A stretch of 64,000 nucleotides of DNA from Anaeramoeba ignava BMAN (Eukaryota; Protista; Anaeramoebae). The position numbers and the translations under genes were made by a program. This document shows, piece after piece, positions 1 to 12,694 of the stretch. The notes under the pieces were generated by a model. The model made no database searches. It was given only the letters and a program-made list of their open reading frames with translations, and was not told the DNA's origin. Position 1 is the stretch's first letter. Every line of letters begins with the position of its first letter. The stretch lies in the NCBI GenBank assembly GCA_028826165.1, contig JAPDFW010000075.1:248001-312000 (forward strand). The letters run 5' to 3'.

Positions 1-500
1 TGAATTGAATATTAAATATTAAATATTGAAATTGAATTGAAATGAAATTGAATTAAATATTGAATATTGAATATTAAAATCCAAAATTGAATATTGAATT
101 GAATATTGAATTGAATTTCAAATATTGAATGGAATGAATATTAAATATTGAATTGAAATTGAATTGAATTGAATTGAATATTGAATTAAATTGAATTGAA
201 TTGAATTAAATATTGAATATGATTAAATTGAATTGAAATAAAATATTGAATTAAATTGAATATTAAATATTAATTAAATATTAAATATTGAATATTGAAT
301 TGAATGAATTAAATATTAAATTTGAAAATTATAAATATTGAATTGAATTGAATTAAATTGAATATTAAATATTGAATTGAATATTAAATATTAAATTAAA
401 TATTGAATTAAATTGAATTGAATTAAATATTGAATTAAATATTGAATTAAATATTGAATTAAATTGAATTGAATTAAATATTAAATTAAATATTTATTTA
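1..500. repeat. Degenerate (TTGAA)n / AATATT satellite upstream of Nup107
   Basis: Direct reading: ttgaattgaattgaa interspersed with aatatt; same unit as the 2.5-kb aldolase intron. Confidence 0.9.
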
Positions 501-642
501 TGAATTAATTGTAAAAATATTTATAAATATCAAAATAATTTTATTTGTAAATTTTAATTGTAAAAAAAGAGTTTTTAAAAAAAAAAATGAAAATTAAAAA
601 TTTCAAAAAAAAATTTTTTTCATTTTTTTTTTCATTTACAAA

Positions 643-3477
643 ATGAAAACATTTATAATGGAAACAACACAAAAAACACCACCAGAAACAAACTACAAAT
701 TAAATTCTACTTTTTTAAAAAAACAACCCTTTAAATCAATCTTAAAAAAAACAACAGAAAAATCAAATAAAAAAGTTAAATTTACAGAAAAATTAAGTGA
801 AGAATTAGAAGGCATAAAAAAACAAAATCTTTTTAGCAATTTTGAACCTATGATAATTGAGGAGCAAACATTAAATCAAGATGAATTAATATTTAGACAA
901 AATCTAGATGCGCAAAAAGAAAATGTTCAATATGAAAAAATGAATATAAATATTAAACCTCAATTTCAAGATGATTTTCAAATGGAAAATTTAATTAGAA
1001 ACAATAAGATGATTTATAACAGCAAATTTGCAGAAAATCAAAATCAAAATCAAAAAATTAATGAATATTCAAATGTCTCATTCGAACATATTCAATTTGT
1101 TGATGATTTTCTTGCAAGCAAAAACAAGCAAGATTGGAGTATTTTTCAATTTGGACAAATGCTAGAACAACTTGATCTAGCAAAAAAAAAGGAGAATTTT
1201 GGAGCTGATGATATTCTCCATCAAATTGAAAAATACCAAGAAATTTGTGATAATGAATACCAAATATTAAAAAAATTGCACGCAAGCAAAAAAACACTCT
1301 CGAGAATAAATCAAGCAAAGATTTCGCAGAAAATGATGGTGACAAAAAACGAGAGAGACACTTGGATGCTGCTTCACATGCTCGTCTCGTTTAACTTGCT
1401 TGATTTAAATTATGACGAGGATGCAGATCCCTTTTATCTCGAGAGTATTTTCCAATCTCCTGAGTTTGCGCTTTCTCCTGGATTTATTTCGCAACAGAAT
1501 TTTGTCCGCAAATTCTTCGGGTTGAATGATTTTTTGCAGAGACACCAAATGATAGTCAAATGGCTTGAAAGCGCATTTGATGAAGACAAACTCCAGACAT
1601 CTTTTCCATCCCCATTTGAAAAAACATCATCTCCATTTAAAAAGCAATACACTTCGGAAGAACATGATTTTTTGGAGAGAATTTGGCTTCTTTTTAGAAA
1701 AGGAAAAATGGACGAAGCCGTTGAACTCTGCCGCACAGAAAATCAGCACTGGCGAGCAGCAATTTTGTCAGGAGGAGACTTGATGAACGATCCAAATCAG
1801 GAGAAAAACACCGAAAATCCCGAACAAACAGAGGATTCTTTTGAAATCACAGGATATTTGAACCGTTCGCTTTGGAAACAATCATGTTTGAATCTCTCGT
1901 TGAAATCACAGTCTAAAATCGAACGCGCAATTTATGGATTATTATCAGGAAACTTAGCACAAGTTTTCCCAGTATGCTCAGCTTGGGAAGATTGTTTGTG
2001 GGTTTATTACAGATCCATGGTTGACCAATTCATCGATATTTCGTTGCACAAATACTTTTCGCAAATCAAAGCTGTTTTCAATCAGCTCAAAAAGGATCAG
2101 CAATCTCAACTTCATCGCGCAGTCTTATGCGATCCACATTTCCAAATTTATGAGACAATTTGCAATCAAATTGATTTATCTCCTCAATTAATTTTTTCCG
2201 ATTTGCGAAACAATCTGCAATATCACACACAATCTGTCAGAAAAAGCTGTTCAGAACCTTTCCACATTATCCAGCAGCTAATCATCACGGGAAGATTCAA
2301 CGAGCTTTTTCATCAGCTCCACAACTGGATCAAATATCCTCAATCTGGAAAAACTCCAAGCGTTATTCTCAGATTTGCTGCTCATTTTGCGCTGATTTTT
2401 AATTGGTTTGGAATATATCCAAATGAAGAAATTGAATTCAATGAGATTGTTTTTCAGCACATTCAAAACCTCATTGATTCCCAAATGAATGATTTCGTTG
2501 TCTTTTATGTTTCCCATCTCACACCAGTTTTCCAGCAGAATATCGACTCCTTTTTCCTTAAACACATCCAACAAGATCAATCAGGCCAAAAATATATTCA
2601 TGTTGAAATTTCGCAACTCAAGAAAAAATCACTTGATTTGGATTTCGCAGCTCAAACACAATTCAAACTTGATGATATTTTCAATTTGAAATACACACCA
2701 GAATCAGTAAATAATGCCTATTTCAAATGGCTCAAAAAACACATTCTGGAAAGGGTTCTTCATCCAAATCCAATTGCAAAAGAAAATTCTGAAAAAATTG
2801 TTTCTGTTAAATGGCTCTTTGATTTCAAAAAACCGTGTGTTGATTCACTGGCAAAATGCAATCAACTTGCAAGAGAATTTGTGGGGAAAGATTTTTTCAA
2901 CGAAGCTCAAAAAGTGATTATGCAAATTGTCCCAACAAATATATTTGAAACCTTAGAAGAAACGATGGAAACAGATCAAGTTGAGTTGATCCAAAAAAAT
3001 TCAGTTTTTCGCGAATATAATTCTTGGCAAATTTTCTTTGAGGGGATTACTGCCTTTGATGATTGGGTTCAACATTATTATTCTTTTAGTGAGAAGAAAT
3101 CAAAACTTTATGAGAAATCAGTTTCAATATGGAAAGAAATCAATGATGTCAAAATTCAATTTGCACTTGCAAAATTATTCCAAGTTGTTTCTTTAGAAGG
3201 AGGTTGGATGAATGTTGGTGATTCAGATTCACAAGCAAATCTCAATCAAAATGATTTGCAAATGTTTCAATTTTTGAGAGAAAAATGTATTCCTCTTTCG
3301 ATTATTTTGATCCAAGTTCTTTTGCTTAAATCAAAAAAATTCAAGGAATTATCTGAATTAGCTAATTTGGTTGCTACAGAACAAACTTTGTTTTATAGAT
3401 ATTTTTCATCTCAATCTTTGGAATATTTTTTATTTGTTATTCGTGAGTCAGTTATCGAAGAAGGGAATTTACGATAA
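643..3477 (+). CDS. NUP107: Nuclear pore complex protein Nup107/Nup84 family, 944 aa, intronless
   Basis: Family-type motifs ERDTWMLL, IVKWLE, IWLLFRKGKMDEAVELCRTENQHWRAAILSGG, RSLWKQSC, ERAIYGLLSGNL, WEDCLWVYY. Confidence 0.88.
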   Translation: MKTFIMETTQKTPPETNYKLNSTFLKKQPFKSILKKTTEKSNKKVKFTEKLSEELEGIKKQNLFSNFEPMIIEEQTLNQDELIFRQNLDAQKENVQYEKMNINIKPQFQDDFQMENLIRNNKMIYNSKFAENQNQNQKINEYSNVSFEHIQFVDDFLASKNKQDWSIFQFGQMLEQLDLAKKKENFGADDILHQIEKYQEICDNEYQILKKLHASKKTLSRINQAKISQKMMVTKNERDTWMLLHMLVSFNLLDLNYDEDADPFYLESIFQSPEFALSPGFISQQNFVRKFFGLNDFLQRHQMIVKWLESAFDEDKLQTSFPSPFEKTSSPFKKQYTSEEHDFLERIWLLFRKGKMDEAVELCRTENQHWRAAILSGGDLMNDPNQEKNTENPEQTEDSFEITGYLNRSLWKQSCLNLSLKSQSKIERAIYGLLSGNLAQVFPVCSAWEDCLWVYYRSMVDQFIDISLHKYFSQIKAVFNQLKKDQQSQLHRAVLCDPHFQIYETICNQIDLSPQLIFSDLRNNLQYHTQSVRKSCSEPFHIIQQLIITGRFNELFHQLHNWIKYPQSGKTPSVILRFAAHFALIFNWFGIYPNEEIEFNEIVFQHIQNLIDSQMNDFVVFYVSHLTPVFQQNIDSFFLKHIQQDQSGQKYIHVEISQLKKKSLDLDFAAQTQFKLDDIFNLKYTPESVNNAYFKWLKKHILERVLHPNPIAKENSEKIVSVKWLFDFKKPCVDSLAKCNQLAREFVGKDFFNEAQKVIMQIVPTNIFETLEETMETDQVELIQKNSVFREYNSWQIFFEGITAFDDWVQHYYSFSEKKSKLYEKSVSIWKEINDVKIQFALAKLFQVVSLEGGWMNVGDSDSQANLNQNDLQMFQFLREKCIPLSIILIQVLLLKSKKFKELSELANLVATEQTLFYRYFSSQSLEYFLFVIRESVIEEGNLR

Positions 3478-3539
3478 TATTATTCAATTCTTTTTTAATA
3501 AAACTTTAATAAAACTTTAATCTTTATTTTGATTAATTT

Positions 3540-4740
3540 TTATTTTAATCTTTATTTTGATTTTTGATTAATTTTGATATTAATTTTGATATTAATTTTG
3601 ATATTAATTTTATTAATAATTTTATTAATAATTTTATTAATAATTTTGTTGATAATTTTATTAATAATTTTATTAATAATTTTGTTAATAATTTTATTAT
3701 TAATTTTATTAATAATTTTGTTGATAATTTTGTTGATAATTTTATTGATAATTTTATTAATAATTTTGTTGATAATTTTGATATTAATTTTGATTTTAAT
3801 TTTGTTGATAATTGATATTGATTTTGTTGATAATTTTGTTGATAATTTTGTTGATAATTTTATTGATAATTTTATTAATAATTTTATTGATAATTTTGTT
3901 GATAATGATTTTGTTGATAATTTTATTAATAATTTTATTAATAATTTTATTAATAATTTTGTTGATAATTTTGATATTAATTTTGTTGATATTGATATTG
4001 ATTTTGTTGATAATTTTGTTGATAATTTTGTTGATAATTTTATTAATAATTTTATTAATAATTTTGTTGATAATTTTATTTTAATTTTATTTTGATTTTA
4101 TTAATAATTTTATTGATAATTTTTATTAATAATTTTATTGATAATTTTATTAATAATTTTATTAATAATTTTATTAATAATTTTGATAATTTTATTATTT
4201 TATTGATTTTTTGATGATAATTTTATTAATAATTTTTATTGATAATTTTATTAATTTTTTTGATAATTTTAATGATAATTTTGTTGATAATTTTTGTTGA
4301 TTGATCTGTTATTTAATTTTTTTAACGAATTTTCAATTGTGTTAATTCATTAATAGTTTTTATTAATAATTTTAATGATTTTATTGATCCTTTTGTTGAA
4401 AATTTAAAATTTTGTTTTCTGATATTGATTTTGTTGATAATTTTTTGTTGATAATTGGATTAATATTTTTTTGATAATTTTATTAATGATTTTGTTGATA
4501 ATTTTATTAATAATTTTGTTGATAATTTTGTTGATAATTTTATTAATAATTTTGTTGATAATTTTATTGATGATTTTATTGTTAATTTTGTTGATAATTT
4601 ATTTTAATTTTGATATTAATATTGATATTGATTTTGTTGATAATTTTGATTTTGATATTGTTATTAATTTTGATTTTGATATTGATATTGGTTTTCTTGA
4701 TAATTTTGTTGATAATTTTGATTTTGATATTGATATTTAA
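3540..4740. repeat. 12-bp tandem repeat (TTTTATTAATAA / TTTTGTTGATAA) between convergent genes
   Basis: Direct reading; gives the spurious IILL/NFIN ORFs. Confidence 0.9.
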
Positions 4741-4828
4741 TTAAAATTGAAAAACAAATTGATTTTTTGATGATAATTTTATTGATTCCACTTATCATAA
4801 ATTTTTGATTTTTATTATTTGATATAAT

Positions 4829-5305
4829 TTAATATTGGTCTTGTTGATTCCAAATCTGTTGATTATCATAAAGATTTTGATTGTGATTTTGATATTGATA
4901 GTTATTAGTATAAGGGTTTTGTTGATGATATTGATCAAAACCTTCCTTGCTTTGAATTGTTTTTGGTGATAATAAAACTCTTGGTTTTAATTTTTGTTGT
5001 TGATCTGTTATTTGTTTTCTCAACGAAAATTCAAACTGTGTTAATTCATCAAGAGTAGTTTTTTTGTGTGATAATTTTTCTAAATCTTTCTCTTCAGCTC
5101 CTTGAACTCCTGCCTCCAAAAATGCAAAAGGTCGTTTTCTACAAGTGCATTTGCGAAGATTTGAAACAAAATCAATTACACATGATGGACAGTATTTTTT
5201 GTTACATTGTGGGTTTACACATTTAACATAAAAATTGTATTGTTTCTCACAAAAATCACATCTCAGTTCTGGATGATTATGGTGAATTATTCTACTTGAT
5301 TCCAT
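4829..5305 (-). CDS. Small Cys-rich (RING/zinc-finger-like) protein, 158 aa, Q/N-rich tail
   Basis: Likely start MESSRII at 5305 (upstream part of ORF is F-rich promoter sequence); CDFC-x9-C-x4-C-x4-CPSC-x10-CTC. Confidence 0.65.
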   Translation of the reverse strand: MESSRIIHHNHPELRCDFCEKQYNFYVKCVNPQCNKKYCPSCVIDFVSNLRKCTCRKRPFAFLEAGVQGAEEKDLEKLSHKKTTLDELTQFEFSLRKQITDQQQKLKPRVLLSPKTIQSKEGFDQYHQQNPYTNNYQYQNHNQNLYDNQQIWNQQDQY

Positions 5306-5419
5306 TTTGTGAATTAAAAAAAAAATAAAAAAATGAAAAAAGGAAAAATGAAAAAAGGAAAAATAATTAAAAAAAAAAGATAAAACGGAAAAATAATTTT
5401 TTTCCTCTTTTTTATTAAT

Positions 5420-6160
5420 TCCCAAATAATTTCCAATTCCACTTTAATATTTATTTTGATTTATTAATTCCCAAATAATTCCAATTCCACTTTATTTTTG
5501 ATTTAATTATTAATTCCCAAATAATTTTCAATTCCACTTTATTTTTGATTTATTTATTAATTCAAAATAATTCCACTTCCACTTTATTATTTATTTTTGA
5601 TTTAATTATTAATTCCCAAATAATTTCCAATTCCACTTTATTATTTATTTATTTATTAATTCCAAAATAATTTAATATTTAATTATTAATTCTAAATAAT
5701 TTCCAATTCCACTTTAATATTTATTTTTGATTTATTTATTTATTAATTCAAAATAATTTAATATTTATTTTTTTATTAATTCTAATTCCAAAATAATTTC
5801 CAATTCCACTTTATTATTTATTTATTTATTAATCCAAAATAATTTAATATTTATTTTTGATTTATTTATTAATTCTAATTCCAAAATAATTTCCAATTCC
5901 ACTTTATTTTTGATTTATTTATTAATTCCAAAATAATTTCCAATTCCACTTTAATATTTATTTATTTATTAATCCAAAATAATTTAATATTTATTTTTGA
6001 TTTAATTATTAATTCCCAAATAATTTCCAATTCCACTTTAATATTTATTTATTTATTAATTCCAATTCCACTTTATTTTTGATTTATTTATTTATTAATT
6101 CTAATTCAAAATAATTTAATATTTATTTTTGATTTATTTATTAATTCCAAAATAATTTGC
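5420..6160. repeat. Minisatellite with core AATAATTTCCAATTCCACTTTA
   Basis: Core recurs about a dozen times with variable AT spacers. Confidence 0.85.
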
Positions 6161-6194
6161 TTTTTTTTTTATTCAAAATAAAAAAATTTTCCTT

Positions 6195-8395
6195 TTAATA
6201 TTTGGTTTTGTTTTTATGAATTTGTTGAAGAACTCTTGCATGCTTTTTTTGAAGTGTTTCTTTTTTGGCACGAATTGTTTTTGATTCATAATGTTGATAT
6301 TTTCGAATATTTTGAATAATTTTTTCTTTTTGTTCCAAATTAACTGCAACAAAAATAAACAATGTTTTTTGGAATTTAATTTGGATTGAGAAATCAGGCA
6401 ATTCTTGATTTGAAGAATTTTCAATTTTCAATTCAAGTAAAGGAATCACATTCACTAAATCGTAGTGAACCTTTTTTGTAAAAAGAGATTTTTTAGGAAA
6501 ACAAACAAGAAGAACATCACTACATAAGAACAAAGAACAAGGTTTTTGAGTTTTATTGAATAAACAAAGATCGAAACTTTCAGCAAATTGTCTTGAAGGT
6601 GAAATAAGTTCGAAATGGAATTTTTCAAGTGATTCTGGAGAAATTGCTTCATTGAGTCTATGAAGTGCTTCTAGCCCATCACTTTTCTCTTTAAATGAAT
6701 TCACATCGTTGGTTCTTTTTTCAAGTGTTGCTAATGATGCCTTAAGCATGCTGTAATCAGGGTGTTCTTGTGGTGTGTTTTTGAGTAATTCACTTAAAAG
6801 TAAAAGATATCTTGGTAATCGTTGTACTGGCATTATGAGCATCGATTCTAATGAAAGGTTGTTGTATTTTGGATCTTGTTTTTTATTTTCTAGAAATTGA
6901 TCAAAAGGTTGATTTGATTTGATTAATTTTTTGACTTTGTCGATATTAAAATGTTTGATATAATCTGAATAAGCTGAAAGGAAGTCACCCTAAATATAAA
7001 TATTTAAAATAAATATTCAAATTAAAATATTCAAATTAAATATTCAAATAAAATATTTAAAATAAATATTTAAATTAATATTCAAATTTAATATTCAAAT
7101 AAATATTTAAATTAAATATTTAAATTAAATATTCAAATAAAATATTCAAATAAATATTCAAATAAATATTTTAAATTAATATTTAAATTAATATTTAAAT
7201 TAAATATTCAAATAAATATTCAAATTAATATTCAAAATAATATTAAAATTAAATATTTTATATTTTTAAATATTCAAATTAAATATTCAAATTAAATATT
7301 CAAATTATTATTCAAATAAATATTCAAATTAAATATTCAAATAAATATTCAAATTAAATATTCAAATAAATATTTAAATAAATATTCAAATAAAATATTC
7401 AAATAAATATTCAAAATAAATATTTAAATTAAATATTCAAATAAAATATTCAAATTAAATATTCAAAATAAATATTCAAAATAATATTCAAAATAATATT
7501 CAAATTAATATTATTCAAAAATATCTACAATCTGATGAAAAGAATCACCAATAGTTGAATAAGCATTCCATTTAGCTAATTTCTGCCTAAAAGTTTCTAA
7601 AAGTACTGTATTATATTTTAATATCACATCCAATCCAAAAAATAATAACCTATGCTCTTCTTTCGTTAATATTTTTTCCTTTTCTAAAGAAATCTCAAAA
7701 TCATCTTGTAAATATCCAAGAAATCTAACATAAGTTTCTTCAGTTTTAAGTAATTCTTCAGCTACTGCTTTTTTAACCTTTAATTTTTGGAAATTGTATT
7801 TTCTTCTAGTTTTAAAACCACGAAATCTTTTTTGTATTTTTTGTGCATTTGTTTTTTCTTTTGGTTTTTTTTTTGTTTTTTATTTAAATTTTGTTGAATT
7901 TTTTTTCCTTTCTTTATTTTGAAAAAAAAACATACGATTTTTGAAATATTTAATTTGTTGAATCATTTTTAAATATGATTGAATAACAGAAGTTAATTTT
8001 TGTTCTTCTATCAATTTATCCTTTTGTTTTTGAATTTCAATTTCAATTTCTTTTTGTTTTTTAATTTGAATTTCAATTTCTTTTTCAATTTCTTTTTCTT
8101 TTTCTTTTTCTTTTTCAATTTCAATTTCTTTTTCTTTTTCTTTTTCTTTTTCTTTTTGAATTTTGTTATCTTTTTCTTTTTGAATTTTGTTATGTTTTTC
8201 TTTTTCAATTTTGTTATGTTTTTCTTTTATAAATTTTGGATCATTTGAATTAGTTTCTGAATAAATATATTCTTTTGGTTTTTTTTCTTCATGAAATTGT
8301 GCCATTTGGACATTTTTTGTATTAACGATTTTATTATCATTTTTGTTTTTATTTTTATTATTATTATTTTTAGAAGTTGATTCAGGAATTCCCAT
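6195..8395 (-). CDS. Rho guanine-nucleotide exchange factor (IQ motif + DH + PH); exons 8395-7936, 7857-7529, 6989-6195
   Basis: Spliced frame is continuous. IQ motif AQKIQKRFRGFKTRRK; DH motifs AVAEELLKTEETYV and MLIMPVQRLPRYLLLLSELLKNTPQEHPDY; PH region LFLCSDVLLVC. Introns GTATGT..AAG and GTAGAT..TAG. Confidence 0.88.
6990..7528. repeat. RhoGEF intron 2 filled with AAATATTCAAAT(T/A)-type repeat
   Basis: Direct reading. Confidence 0.85.
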
Positions 8396-8588
8396 TTTAA
8401 AAATATAAAAAAAAATAAAATAAATGAAAGAAAGAAAAAAATGAAAAATGAAAAAATGAAATTTTCTTTTTTGGAATTTTAATTTTGATTTTAATTTTAA
8501 TTTTAATTTTAATTTTAATTTTAATTTTAATTTTAATTTTAATTTTATTTTTGGAATTTTAATTTTGATTTTAATTTTAATTTTAATT

Positions 8589-10361
8589 TTAATTTTGATT
8601 ATTAAATTTTTTAATTAATAAATCAAATAAATTTGGATTTGTTTGATTTAATTGAAAATAATCAATTCCAATTTGAATTTCATCAATTATTTCTTTTGTA
8701 ATTTTAATTTCATTTTTGATTTGATTTGAATAAATCCAATATTCAAATATTTGAAATGATTTATTACTTAATTCACTATAATCTGTAACTTTATTAGAAG
8801 TATCATTTGTTACAGATAAAAACATTCCTCGATATAATTCACTTCTCATTATTAATATTAATTTTGGAAATTTATATTGTTTTTCTTTTCTTTCAATTAT
8901 AAAATCTTTTTCATTTTCATTTTCATTTTCATTTAAATAAATTCTTTTCATTGTTTCTTCAATTTTTTCATTTGAATTTATAATTTCTTTAATTTCAGAA
9001 TATAATTTTGGATTTATTTTGGAATTATTTGAATAAATCATTTCAAATATTTGATTTGATTCTTTAATTGATTTTTTTGAAATAATTTCTTGAAGTTTTT
9101 CAATTTGATTTTGATTTTGATTTAATCTATATTTCAATATTAATTTATGAGCTTCAATTATTTCTCCATTTTTGGTTTTAAATGAAATATTGCAAAATTC
9201 TTTTCTTCTAAATAATTTTATCAAATCTTCTTCAAGATTGGAAAAAGGAGGAGGAGAATAATAAAGAAATGTTTTGTTAATACCACAAGAAATATGATAA
9301 TTGGAAATATCTTCATTAAATCTTAATTTAGGAAGTTCAATTTGAATTGGAATATCTTCTTCTCCTATATCTTCATTTCCTAATTCACCATAATAATTAT
9401 TTCCAAATCCGATCAATTTTAAATTAGAAATTAAAATCAAAGTATGGGCATATCCAACAGAAATTTCAAGAATATTATCATCATTTTCAAATAAAGATGA
9501 TTCAATTTCAGTAAATTCATAAGTATGCTCATCAAAAATTCCAAGTCCATTATATTGATAGTTTCCACATGAATAAAGTTTTCTTTTTGGATTTTCATTT
9601 TCAATCAACATTATTGAATGAGAGTATCCACATTGAATATCAATTATTTTACCTTTTGGAATATTTTGGATTTTGGTTAATTTTTGGATTTTTGTTTCTT
9701 CTTTTCTTGATTCTCCTAATCCAAGTTGACCAAATTCATTATCTCCGCATCCAAATAATTCTTGATTTGAATTTAAAAGAAAAACAGATTGTGAAGCAAT
9801 TCCTGAAAATATTTTAGAAACATTTTTCATCATTAAAATTGGTTTTTTTGTTTTAAGTGTTTTAGAATCAAAACCAAGTTGATCATTATAATTTGAACCA
9901 ATTCCATAAGCATTTTGATTTGAAGTTAATAAGTAAATTGAACGAGATCCAGAAACAATATTTTGAATTATTCTATCATTTTTATCTTCAATTAATGATG
10001 AAATATTGATAAATTTATTTGGATTTTTTGGATTAATATCATCTCCTTTGGCAAATACATTTCCTTCTTTTGTTAAAATAGCTTCATTTTCATCGCCAAC
10101 AGTTACTTTTTGAATATTTTCAATTTGAATTTCTTTAGGATTTTGATTTGAATCATTTTCACTTAAATATTCTATTGCTTTTCCATTTTTAAAAAGGAAA
10201 ATTGTTGAAAAACCTGATGATGAAATTTGTTTAATTTGTTTTTCATTTTCATTTTCATTTTCATTTTCAAATTTAAATTGAATTGGTTCTGTTATTTCTT
10301 CTGGTTTATTTTTGATAAGAATTGGATATTTATTGAAACCAAAAAATAAACAATCATTCAT
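8589..10361 (-). CDS. RCC1-repeat beta-propeller + tandem BTB/POZ protein, 590 aa, intronless
   Basis: RCC1 repeats (GCGDNEFGQLGLG, CGYSHS, VGYAHTL, GNNYYGELG); BTB motifs FCNISF..IEAHKLILKYRL and KDFII..KLILIMRSELYRGMF. Confidence 0.88.
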   Translation of the reverse strand: MNDCLFFGFNKYPILIKNKPEEITEPIQFKFENENENENEKQIKQISSSGFSTIFLFKNGKAIEYLSENDSNQNPKEIQIENIQKVTVGDENEAILTKEGNVFAKGDDINPKNPNKFINISSLIEDKNDRIIQNIVSGSRSIYLLTSNQNAYGIGSNYNDQLGFDSKTLKTKKPILMMKNVSKIFSGIASQSVFLLNSNQELFGCGDNEFGQLGLGESRKEETKIQKLTKIQNIPKGKIIDIQCGYSHSIMLIENENPKRKLYSCGNYQYNGLGIFDEHTYEFTEIESSLFENDDNILEISVGYAHTLILISNLKLIGFGNNYYGELGNEDIGEEDIPIQIELPKLRFNEDISNYHISCGINKTFLYYSPPPFSNLEEDLIKLFRRKEFCNISFKTKNGEIIEAHKLILKYRLNQNQNQIEKLQEIISKKSIKESNQIFEMIYSNNSKINPKLYSEIKEIINSNEKIEETMKRIYLNENENENEKDFIIERKEKQYKFPKLILIMRSELYRGMFLSVTNDTSNKVTDYSELSNKSFQIFEYWIYSNQIKNEIKITKEIIDEIQIGIDYFQLNQTNPNLFDLLIKKFNNQN

Positions 10362-10553
10362 TTTTGAAAAAGAAAAAAATGAAAAAAATGAAATTTGGAA
10401 TTTTAATTTTAATTTTAATTTTGATTTTAATTTTAATTTTAATATTAATTTTAATTATTAATTTTAATTTTAATTTTGATTTTAATATTAATTTTAATTT
10501 TGATTTTAATTTTGATTTTAATTTTGAATTGAATTTTGAATTGAATTTGAATT

Positions 10554-12372
10554 TTAATTATTAAATTTGTTAATTAATAAATCAAATAAATTTGGATTTG
10601 TTTGATTTAATTGAAAATAATCAATTCCAATTTGAATTTCATCAATTATTTCTTTTGTAATTTGAATTTCATTTTTGATTTGATTTGAATAAATCCAATA
10701 TTCAAATATTTGAAATGATTTATTACTCAATTCACTATAATCTGTAACTTTATTAGATTTGTCTTCTGTTACAGATAAAAACATTCCTCGATATAATTCA
10801 CTTCTCATTATTAATATTAATTTTGGAAATTTATATTGTTTTTCTTTTCTTTCAATTATAAAATCTTTTTCATTTTCATTTAAATAAATTCTTTTCATTG
10901 TTTCTTCAATTTTTTCATTTAAATTTATAATTTCTTTAATTTCAGAATATAATATTGGATTTATTATTCTGTTTGAATAAATCATTTCAAATATTTGATT
11001 TGATTCTTTAATTGATTTATTTTGAAATAATTTCTTGAAGTTTTTCATTTTGATTTTGATTTTTGATTTTGATTTAATCTATATTTCAATATTAATTTAT
11101 GAGCTTCAATTATTTCTCCATTTTTGGTTTTAAATGAAATATTACAAAATTCTTTTCTTCTAAATAATTTTATCAAATCTTCTTCAAGATTGGAAAAAGA
11201 AAGAGGAGAATAATAAAGAAATGATCTATGATATCCACAAGAAATATGATAATTGGAAATTTCTTCATTAAATCTTAATTTAGGAAGTTCAATTTGAATT
11301 GGAATTAATTGTATTTCTTGTGTATTTCCTATTCCTAATTGACCAAATTCATTATATCCAAATCCAATTAATTTCCCTTTTTTGGTTAAAATCAAACTAT
11401 GAGTAAATCCAACAGAAAAATCAAGAATATTATCATCATTTTCAAATAAAGATGATTTGATTTCAGTAAATTTATAAGTTTCTTCATCTTTATCAAGTCC
11501 ATTATCTTGATAAAATCCACATGAATAAAGTTTTCTTTTTGGATTTTGATTTTCATTTTCATCTTCATTTTCAATCAACATTATTGAATAGTCAATTGCA
11601 CATTGAATATCAATTATTTTACCTTTTGGAATATTTTGGATTTTGGTTAATTTTTGATTCTTGTTTCTTCTTTTCTTGATTCTCCTAATCCAAGTTGACC
11701 AAATTCATTATATCCGCATCCAAATAATTCTTGATTTGAATTTAAAAGAAAAACATGAATTGAACCAGTTCCTGAAAATATTTTAGAAACATTTTTCATC
11801 ATTAAAATTGGTTTTTCTGTTTTTGAAAGTGTTTCAGAATCAAAACCAAGTTGACCATAATAATTTGAACCAATTCCATAAACATTTTGATTTGAAGTTA
11901 ATAAATAAATTGAAAATCTTCCAGAAACAATATCTTCAATTATTCTATCATTTTTATCTTCAATTAATGATGAAATATTGATAAATTCTTTTGAATTTTT
12001 TGGATTAATATTTTCTCCTTTGGCAAATACATTTCCTTCTTTTGTTAAAATAGCTTTATTCCAACCACCAGAAGATACTTTTTGAATATTTTCTTCAATT
12101 TGGATTTTTGAAGGATTTTGTTTTGAATCATTTTCACTTAAATATTCTATTGCTTTTCCATTTTCAAAAAGGAAAATTGTTGAATATTCTCCTGTTGAAA
12201 TTTGTTTAATTTGTTTTTCATTTTCATTTTCATTTTCATTTTCATTTTCATTTTCATTTTCATTTTCATTTTCATTTTTAAATTTAAATTGAATTGATTT
12301 TGTTATTATTTTTGGTTTATTTTTGAAAAGTTTTGGTGTTTCATTTAAACCAAAAAATAAAATTTCATTCAT
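10554..12372 (-). pseudogene. Second RCC1-BTB-BTB paralogue broken by two 1-nt indels (~11656, ~11062); pseudogene or sequencing error
   Basis: ORFs 11647-12372, 11045-11581 and 10554-11048 align colinearly with 8589-10361; indels lie in or next to homopolymer runs. Confidence 0.75.
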
Positions 12373-12694
12373 TTTTGAAAAAGAAAAAAATGAAAAAATG
12401 ATTTTGGAATTTTAATTTTAAATTTAATTTTTATTTTAATTTTAATTTTAATTTTAATTTTAATTTTAATTTTAATTTTAATTTTAATTTTAATTTTAAT
12501 TTTAATTTTAATTTTAATTTTAATTTTAATTTTAATTTTAATTTTTATTTTAATTATTAATTTTGATTTTAATTTTAATTTTAATTTTAATTTTAATTTT
12601 AATTTTAATTTTAATTTTAATTTTAATTTTGATTTTGATTTTGATTTTGATTTTGATTTTGATTTTGATTTTGATTTTGATTTTGATTTTAATG

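Noticed and set aside
3564-4740. Poly-I/L and NFIN ORFs (also 12369-12698, 13332-13658, 22248-22658, 50603-51239 and similar)
   Set aside because: Translations of stop-poor AT microsatellites or alternative frames of real coding repeats; no protein features
5420-6160. CRISPR-like array (conserved core with variable spacers)
   Set aside because: Spacers are mutually similar AT repeats, no cas genes, eukaryotic context; ordinary minisatellite
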